Of a DNA stretch of 64,000 bases, positions 58,720 through 64,000 are shown one piece after another. Numbering within the stretch: position 1 is the first letter of the stretch; the number at the start of each line of letters is the position of its first letter. The stretch spans positions 64,001 to 128,000 of the forward strand of contig JBEGVH010000020.1 of the NCBI GenBank assembly GCA_041178425.1, read 5' to 3'. Under the pieces are notes generated by a model that was given only the letters and a program-made list of their open reading frames with translations, ran no database searches and was not told where the DNA came from. Both the position numbers and the translations under genes were made by a program. This DNA is from Pseudomonadota bacterium (GTDB taxonomy: Bacteria; Bdellovibrionota; Bdellovibrionia; Bdellovibrionales; Bdellovibrionaceae).

Positions 58720-59493
58720 GTGATCACAGCAATCGGACACCACATTCTGCTTTACTCACAAGACCTGAGGGGTTTTTTAGCTCTTTTGAAAGATACTTTT
58801 TGGGCCCTTGTTACGCCTCCATTGCGCTGGAAGGAAACAATTCAACAACTTCACTTCGTTGCCAATGGCAGCCTCGTCATCGTAGGTTTTTGTGTGGCAT
58901 TCGCTGCCGTCGTCACTATTCTTGAATCTTCGTTTCATATGAAAATGGTTATTCAAAATGACTCCATGGTTCCGGGCTTTGCAGCCATGCTTATCCTTCG
59001 TGAATTAGGAGCCGTTGTTTCATCGCTTCTGCTCACCTCGCGGGTGGGCGCCGGCTTTGCCGCTGAAGTGGGTTCGATGACGGTCACAGAACAAGTTGAC
59101 GCCCTTCGGATGCTTGGTATCGACCCCATTCGCTACATCGTTATTCCAAGACTCATTGCCTGCACCATCGGAACCGCTATTTTAACTATTATTGCCAATA
59201 TGATTTGCCTCTACTGTGCAGCCCTCGTTTCGGAGGCTTACCTTGGATTCACCATGGGACTTTTCAAAACAGCAATGACTCGTTTTATTGGCTTTCAAGA
59301 TATCGTTTTTGCCACCATAAAGGGTGCCGTCTTCGGAAGTATAATACCCCTAGTTAGTTGCCATTTCGGGTTTCGATGCAAAGCTGGCGCACAAGGTGTA
59401 GGTCTCGCCACGACCCAAAGTGTTGTCGCAAGCTCCGTAGCAATCATTGTTTTTGATTTTATCTTAACTTTTATTTTTTCCCATTTTTATTGA
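58720..59493 (+). CDS. mlaE: MlaE-family ABC permease
   Basis: LRELG, SRVGAGFAAEVGSMTVTEQVDALRMLGIDP, GAQGVGLATT. Confidence 0.92.
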   Translation: MITAIGHHILLYSQDLRGFLALLKDTFWALVTPPLRWKETIQQLHFVANGSLVIVGFCVAFAAVVTILESSFHMKMVIQNDSMVPGFAAMLILRELGAVVSSLLLTSRVGAGFAAEVGSMTVTEQVDALRMLGIDPIRYIVIPRLIACTIGTAILTIIANMICLYCAALVSEAYLGFTMGLFKTAMTRFIGFQDIVFATIKGAVFGSIIPLVSCHFGFRCKAGAQGVGLATTQSVVASSVAIIVFDFILTFIFSHFY

Positions 59494-59503
59494 GGCTGAC
59501 GCT

Positions 59504-60280
59504 ATGAAAGTTGAAACCAAAGTTGGATTACTCTTTTTACTAACAATTAGCTTGATCATTGGCTTCGCATACACTCTTGGCGTCGTTAATCCTTTTTCAA
59601 ACTATAACGATCTTGTCATTCTCTATAATTACGCGGGCGGGCTCGAAAAGGGCTCACCCGTCAGGGTCATGGGTATCGAAGTAGGCAAGGTAAAATCGAT
59701 TGAATTCGACCCACAAGGACGCTCTTCCGATGGGGAAGAAGTAAAACTAAGGGTTACTGTGGGTATCTCTAAAAAGGCTTGGGAGACTATTCGTGAGGAC
59801 TCTCATTTTTATATTAATATGGCTGGGGTGATCGGCGAAAAGTTTTTAGAGATCTCCCCCGGAAGTCTGGATAAACCGGGCTTCAAAGTAGGTCAAAGTG
59901 TTCGTGGAGAAGACCCTCCCCGAGTCGATCAACTCATCTCACAAGGTTACGGATTGGCGGGAAAGATCTTAGAAATCGTGAGTAAGAATGAGGGTTCCGT
60001 GACAGGAATGATTTCCCAGCTTGATAACTTAGTGACGAACTTCAATAAAACACTCGCTCTTCTCGATAAAACATCTAAAAACCAGGATGTAGAAAGACTG
60101 ATGCGCAACTTTATTAAGATATCAGATGACCTGGCTTACCTAACACACCAACTCCGGTCCGAAAAATCAGAAAAGTCTTTCGAAGTTCTAAACAGACTCA
60201 TTATGCGGCTTGAAAATCTGGATGCCCCAGCGATTCGAAAGTTTTTGCAAGAAGAAGGCATCAAAGCCAAAATGTTCTAA
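59504..60280 (+). CDS. mlaD: MlaD/MCE-domain protein
   Basis: ETKVGL TM, AGGLEKGSPVRVMGIEVGKV, GVIGEKFLEISPG. Confidence 0.9.
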   Translation: MKVETKVGLLFLLTISLIIGFAYTLGVVNPFSNYNDLVILYNYAGGLEKGSPVRVMGIEVGKVKSIEFDPQGRSSDGEEVKLRVTVGISKKAWETIREDSHFYINMAGVIGEKFLEISPGSLDKPGFKVGQSVRGEDPPRVDQLISQGYGLAGKILEIVSKNEGSVTGMISQLDNLVTNFNKTLALLDKTSKNQDVERLMRNFIKISDDLAYLTHQLRSEKSEKSFEVLNRLIMRLENLDAPAIRKFLQEEGIKAKMF

Positions 60281-60378
60281 GTTCAAAACCAGACTTTGAT
60301 CGCAGTTCCCGAGCGAAGAGTGCCAACGGTACGTCTTATATCTCTTCAACCTTTGAAAGCATCTCCTAAGACAAAAAC

Positions 60379-60414
60379 AAAAAACCCTCGAGGTTTAGCC
60401 CCGAGGGTTTTTTT
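60379..60414. terminator. bidirectional intrinsic terminator
   Basis: AAAAAACCCTCG-N11-CGAGGGTTTTTTT. Confidence 0.85.
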
Positions 60415-60434
60415 AAAGCTTTGTTAAGCTAAAA

Positions 60435-60524
60435 CTACTTCTTAGCAGTTTTTTTCTTTGTAGCTTTTTTCTTTGTAGCAGCTTTTTTCTTTGTAGCTTT
60501 CTTTGTAGCTTTCTTCTTAGCCAT
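60435..60524 (-). CDS. 29-aa Lys/Ala-rich histone H1-like peptide (MAKKKATKKATKKKAATKKKATKKKTAKK), below the ORF-track size cutoff
   Basis: ATG at 60524, TAG at 60435; AGGAGG RBS 5 nt upstream; terminator downstream. Confidence 0.85.
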   Translation of the reverse strand: MAKKKATKKATKKKAATKKKATKKKTAKK

Positions 60525-60577
60525 TTTATCCTCCTAGGATATTTTTGTTGTTGGTTACTAGTTGCTTTCTATTTCAA

Positions 60578-60606
60578 ATTCTGATCAAGGTGACATCTCT
60601 CGTCAA
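60578..60606 (-). promoter_or_regulatory. sigma70-type promoter of the small basic peptide gene
   Basis: Minus strand TTGACG-N17-CAGAAT with A/T tracts upstream (UP-element-like). Confidence 0.55.
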
Positions 60607-60674
60607 TAAAAAAATTTCAAAAAAATAAATTTGCACGAATTTTGCGTTCACTAAACTAAAAAAGGAGAGTTGAT

Positions 60675-61415
60675 ATGCTCATTCGTTTTCTATTTCTGAC
60701 TTTCGGATTCGCGTTCGCACTTCGGACAATAAAAAACCAAACATCGATGAAATCCTTATCTGAAGGCACTTCCAAGAACATTACAACTTCGCTGATTTTA
60801 TATTTTTGGCTGATGACCATCCTTTCGCCCTGGATGACAGTCCCGGTCCTAGGAATTTTACTTTTTGTCCCAAATTTAGCCGCTCTTCGTCTCGAATGGA
60901 TCCTGAATCTCATTTTGAAACGACTATTTCGCGAAAAAGTTATTCAATTTTTCGATGAATTGGTCCTTCAGATGATGACAGGGAAGTCCTTTAGAGATTC
61001 TTTTTTGTTACTAACCTCGAATTCGCGCGATTTTTTTCAGATTAAGATGCGAGAAATCCTTCACTGCCCTATCGATTTGAAGTCACATCCCGACTCTCTT
61101 AGGAACGAACTGCTCGAAATAGCCGAATTAGTCCAGAGCGTAGAGAAGAGCCCCCATAAGGCTCTTGATCGGATTCAAAATTTTAGACGGCAGCTCAAGT
61201 GGAAACAAAGTTTCAGAAAAAAATCACGGCAAGCGACCATTCAAATTAGAGCGCAAGCTTCAATTCTCAGTTGTCTATACCTCTTGCTCTTAATCTACAC
61301 CATTATTGTTCAAGAAACTTGGTCGGTTCCTCTTCACACACTTTCCATTTTGCTCTTCCTAATTGGCCTCTCGCTACTTTTTATTATTGGGAGAAATCCA
61401 AAATGGAAAACTTAA
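60675..61415 (+). CDS. TadB-like (T2SS F-family) membrane protein
   Basis: TMs, FFDELVLQMMTGKSF, RQATIQIRAQASIL then TMs. Confidence 0.6.
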   Translation: MLIRFLFLTFGFAFALRTIKNQTSMKSLSEGTSKNITTSLILYFWLMTILSPWMTVPVLGILLFVPNLAALRLEWILNLILKRLFREKVIQFFDELVLQMMTGKSFRDSFLLLTSNSRDFFQIKMREILHCPIDLKSHPDSLRNELLEIAELVQSVEKSPHKALDRIQNFRRQLKWKQSFRKKSRQATIQIRAQASILSCLYLLLLIYTIIVQETWSVPLHTLSILLFLIGLSLLFIIGRNPKWKT

Positions 61416-61831
61416 GTCCTGGACTTCAACTTCTGTTTGATGTGCGCACAGCGTTGGAAAATGGAACATCAGTTAGAACTGGCGTACTCAATTTTTTAAA
61501 ACTTCAAAGAACCGATTTCAATGAGACCGTCTCTGCTTGGATTTTAGCATTCGATCAAAATCAAGATACCATCTATTTACTGAAACTGCTTCATCCCTGT
61601 CGGCGCACCCTCCTTCTAATGCTCGAAAAAGGAATGCGAGGTCTGCCCATACTGGCGGCCCTTGCGGAGCTGGAGCGAGAAATCATAAGCTCATGCGAAC
61701 TTGAAATGGAGGAGCGAATTCAGAAACTACCTATTCGTCTTCTGTTTCCCGTTCTTTTTTTCATGTTTCCAGCCTACCTGATAATCCTAATCGGGCCTTT
61801 CATGTTAGAAATCATAAAGCATTGGGGTTAA
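61403..61831 (+). CDS. TadC-like membrane protein (short)
   Basis: ATG 61403; EERIQKLPIRLLFPVLFFMFPAYLIILIGP is a TadC-type C-terminus. Confidence 0.65.
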   Translation: MENLSPGLQLLFDVRTALENGTSVRTGVLNFLKLQRTDFNETVSAWILAFDQNQDTIYLLKLLHPCRRTLLLMLEKGMRGLPILAALAELEREIISSCELEMEERIQKLPIRLLFPVLFFMFPAYLIILIGPFMLEIIKHWG

Positions 61832-62166
61832 AGAAACAGGGACTACTACAAATGCCGCTCAAGGCTTTAACTTGCTATTTTGAGGCGAACCAATTTAATT
61901 TATCGAAAAAGTCGCAAGGACTCACAATTAACTTTCCAATAGGGGGAATTTTGGCCAATCGCACGCTCACGACCAAAGATGGACTGGCAGACATTCAGTT
62001 TTTAATTGTGGAACTGGAAAGAAAAGAACCCGACACAAAAATTATTAAAAGCCTAACCACAAAGTATGGCATTCCTTACAAAACCAACATTTCAGAGCAA
62101 CTCGACGAAATCTTATTTTTTCTCAATAGCTTTGCTATTTCCAAAGAACTCGAGCAAGAGCCCTGA
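61822..62166 (+). CDS. hypothetical protein (true start probably TTG ~61951)
   Basis: Open frame; GGGGGA RBS-like sequence before TTG 61951. Confidence 0.45.
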   Translation: MGLKKQGLLQMPLKALTCYFEANQFNLSKKSQGLTINFPIGGILANRTLTTKDGLADIQFLIVELERKEPDTKIIKSLTTKYGIPYKTNISEQLDEILFFLNSFAISKELEQEP

Positions 62167-62204
62167 ATCTAGACACATCTAATATATATAGAGAGAGGAC
62201 ATCC

Positions 62205-63188
62205 ATGAGACCCATTGCAAATTCCGTATTAGACCTTATTGGCAATACTCCCATTCTTCGACTAAACAAGATCGTTCCGGATCACTTAAAGCATCACCAA
62301 TTTTTTGGTAAACTGGAGTATTTCAATCCGGGAAATAGCGTAAAAGATCGTATTGGTATGGCTATTATCGAAGACGCCGAGAAATCAGGGCGACTAAAAC
62401 CCGGTGGTACAATCGTTGAGGCGACCTCGGGAAACACGGGTGTGGGTTTGGCTCAGGCGGCTCTACTCAAGGGCTACAAATGCATTTTCGTAATGCCCGA
62501 TAAAATTTCAGAAGAGAAGAGAGCGATTCTCCGTGCTTATGGTGCAGAGGTAATTATCACCCCTACGGCCGTTGAACCCGAAGATCCTCGCAGCTATATT
62601 TCTGTGTCTCAAAAACTAGCAAAAGAAACTCCTAATGCGATTCTTGGAAATCAATACCATAATCCTGCTAACCCCAAGGCACATACACTCTCCACTGGTC
62701 CCGAAATTTGGGAGCAGATGGGTGGCCAACTTGACGCATTCGTGGCTGGAGCAGGTACTGGTGGAACAATTTCTGGGGTTGGTGAATACCTTAAAACAAA
62801 AAATCCAAACCTTAATGTTGTCTGTTCTGATCCTGTGGGCAGTATTCTTGCGGATCTTTTTTATCACGGTAAAGTTATCACACCTGCTCACGGCTATCTA
62901 GTAGAGGGAGTTGGAGAAGATATGCTACCCGAAAACGTTCATCTCAAAACGATCGATGCATTCGAAAAAGTGACCGATCCCGAAGCGTTTCAAATGACCC
63001 GCCAGATAGTTGCTAAAGAGGCACTCTTTTTAGGTCCCTCATCAGCTCTTGCCTTGGTTGGCGCTTTCAAATGGGCAGAAAAAGTGACGAAGCCTTCTCG
63101 AATTTTAGTTCTTTTTCCTGACAATGGTAGAGGCTACCTCAGCAAAGCTTTCAATGAAACATGGTTGAAACAGAATAATCTCATTTAA
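62205..63188 (+). CDS. cystathionine beta-synthase / cysteine synthase family PLP enzyme
   Basis: IGNTP, NPGNSVKDR, EATSGNTG, GAGTGGT, EGVGED; adjacent to a cystathionine gamma-lyase. Confidence 0.92.
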   Translation: MRPIANSVLDLIGNTPILRLNKIVPDHLKHHQFFGKLEYFNPGNSVKDRIGMAIIEDAEKSGRLKPGGTIVEATSGNTGVGLAQAALLKGYKCIFVMPDKISEEKRAILRAYGAEVIITPTAVEPEDPRSYISVSQKLAKETPNAILGNQYHNPANPKAHTLSTGPEIWEQMGGQLDAFVAGAGTGGTISGVGEYLKTKNPNLNVVCSDPVGSILADLFYHGKVITPAHGYLVEGVGEDMLPENVHLKTIDAFEKVTDPEAFQMTRQIVAKEALFLGPSSALALVGAFKWAEKVTKPSRILVLFPDNGRGYLSKAFNETWLKQNNLI

Positions 63189-63201
63189 TAAGGACTAAAA
63201 A

Positions 63202-64000
63202 ATGTCAGATATTTCAAAAATCTCAAAAAATTTAGGGTTTGCTACCAGAGCGATTCATGCGGGCCAAACACCTGACCCAAGCACCGGCGCCATCATGACT
63301 CCCGTTTATCTAACATCTACCTATGTTCAGGCTTCTCCAGGAGTCCATAAAGGATATGAATATAGTCGCACAGGAAACCCAACTAGAAAGGCCTATGAAG
63401 ACTGCTTAGCCAGTCTCGAAGAGGGCACTCATGGATTTGCCTTTGCCTCTGGTTGTGCCGCAACAACGACGGTTCTTCATCTTCTTAAACAAGGCGATCA
63501 CGTTATTGCCGGCGACGACATGTACGGCGGAACATTCAGACTCTTTGATAAAGTTTTACGCCACAATGGCCTCGGCTTTACCTACCTCGATCTCACGAAT
63601 GCTGAAAACTTAAAAGAAGCCATTCGTCCGGAGACTAAAATGGTTTGGATTGAAACCCCAACCAACCCAACCCTTAAGCTTGTCGACATACAAAGAATTT
63701 GCGAAATCGCACACGCCAAAAATATTATGGTAGCGGTCGACAATACCTTTATGAGTCCTTACTTTCAGAGACCATTAACTCTTGGCGCCGACATTGTTGT
63801 TCATTCAACAACAAAATACGTTGGTGGTCATAGCGATATGGTTGGTGGCGCGGTTGTTACCAATAAAAAAGAAATTGCTGAACGCATTGCCTTTTTAAGT
63901 AATTCTATGGGTTCTATCCAAGGGCCGTTCGATGCCTTCCTTAGCCTACGAAGCCTCAAAACTCTTCCCATTCGCATGAAAGCCCACGAAAAAAATGCCA
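63202..64000 (+). CDS. cystathionine gamma-lyase/synthase (3' truncated by window; absent from the ORF track)
   Basis: ATG 63202: GFATRAIHAGQTPDPSTGA, YEYSRTGNPTR, FASG, DDMYGGTFR, WIETPTNP, VDNTF, HSTTKYVGGHSD. Confidence 0.93.
   Translation, partial: MSDISKISKNLGFATRAIHAGQTPDPSTGAIMTPVYLTSTYVQASPGVHKGYEYSRTGNPTRKAYEDCLASLEEGTHGFAFASGCAATTTVLHLLKQGDHVIAGDDMYGGTFRLFDKVLRHNGLGFTYLDLTNAENLKEAIRPETKMVWIETPTNPTLKLVDIQRICEIAHAKNIMVAVDNTFMSPYFQRPLTLGADIVVHSTTKYVGGHSDMVGGAVVTNKKEIAERIAFLSNSMGSIQGPFDAFLSLRSLKTLPIRMKAHEKNA

Noticed and set aside
60435..60524. Simple-sequence repeat or mini CRISPR (CTTTGTAGC units)
   Set aside because: Units are in-frame codons of a Lys/Ala peptide with RBS and stop; no spacers and no cas genes.

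Overview
A 64-kb, moderately AT-rich, gene-dense bacterial chromosome segment. It is most consistent with a Bdellovibrionota (predatory Bdellovibrio-like) organism. This is an inference from the gene repertoire: a MAT-type fibre protein, an RxPAS-motif protein, a CFI-box-CTERM/beta-barrel pair, cdaA-cdaR-glmM, and sigma28-like promoters directly abutting start codons. Most of the window is housekeeping: tilS-ftsH-cdaA-cdaR-glmM-pdxJ-nnr-tsaE, glpX, pgsA-tRNA-Gly, a PDH E1, truA-rplM-rpsI, pssA, mlaE/mlaD and the reverse-transsulfuration pair. The most unusual part is an accessory block right after tRNA-Gly (about 20.2-27 kb). It holds a sigma28-driven Bdellovibrio-type trimeric fibre gene and a tiny twin-arginine-signal fibre tip with an S74 autocleaving chaperone. 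Converging on these is a phage-like operon: a 2OG-Fe(II) oxygenase, a T-even gp38-like glycine-rich adhesin, a cupin and two unknowns. No integrase or virion genes are present, so it may be a domesticated phage receptor-binding module used for prey recognition. Other notable items are a SulP-DabA-DabB inorganic-carbon uptake operon with a divergent two-component system, an unannotated 29-aa Lys/Ala histone-H1-like peptide gene with its own promoter and terminator, a divergent IF-1 paralog paired with an RRM protein, and GC-rich long hairpins flanking a stand-alone Mesh1-like hydrolase. All functional calls come from motif recognition by eye; no database searches were run.
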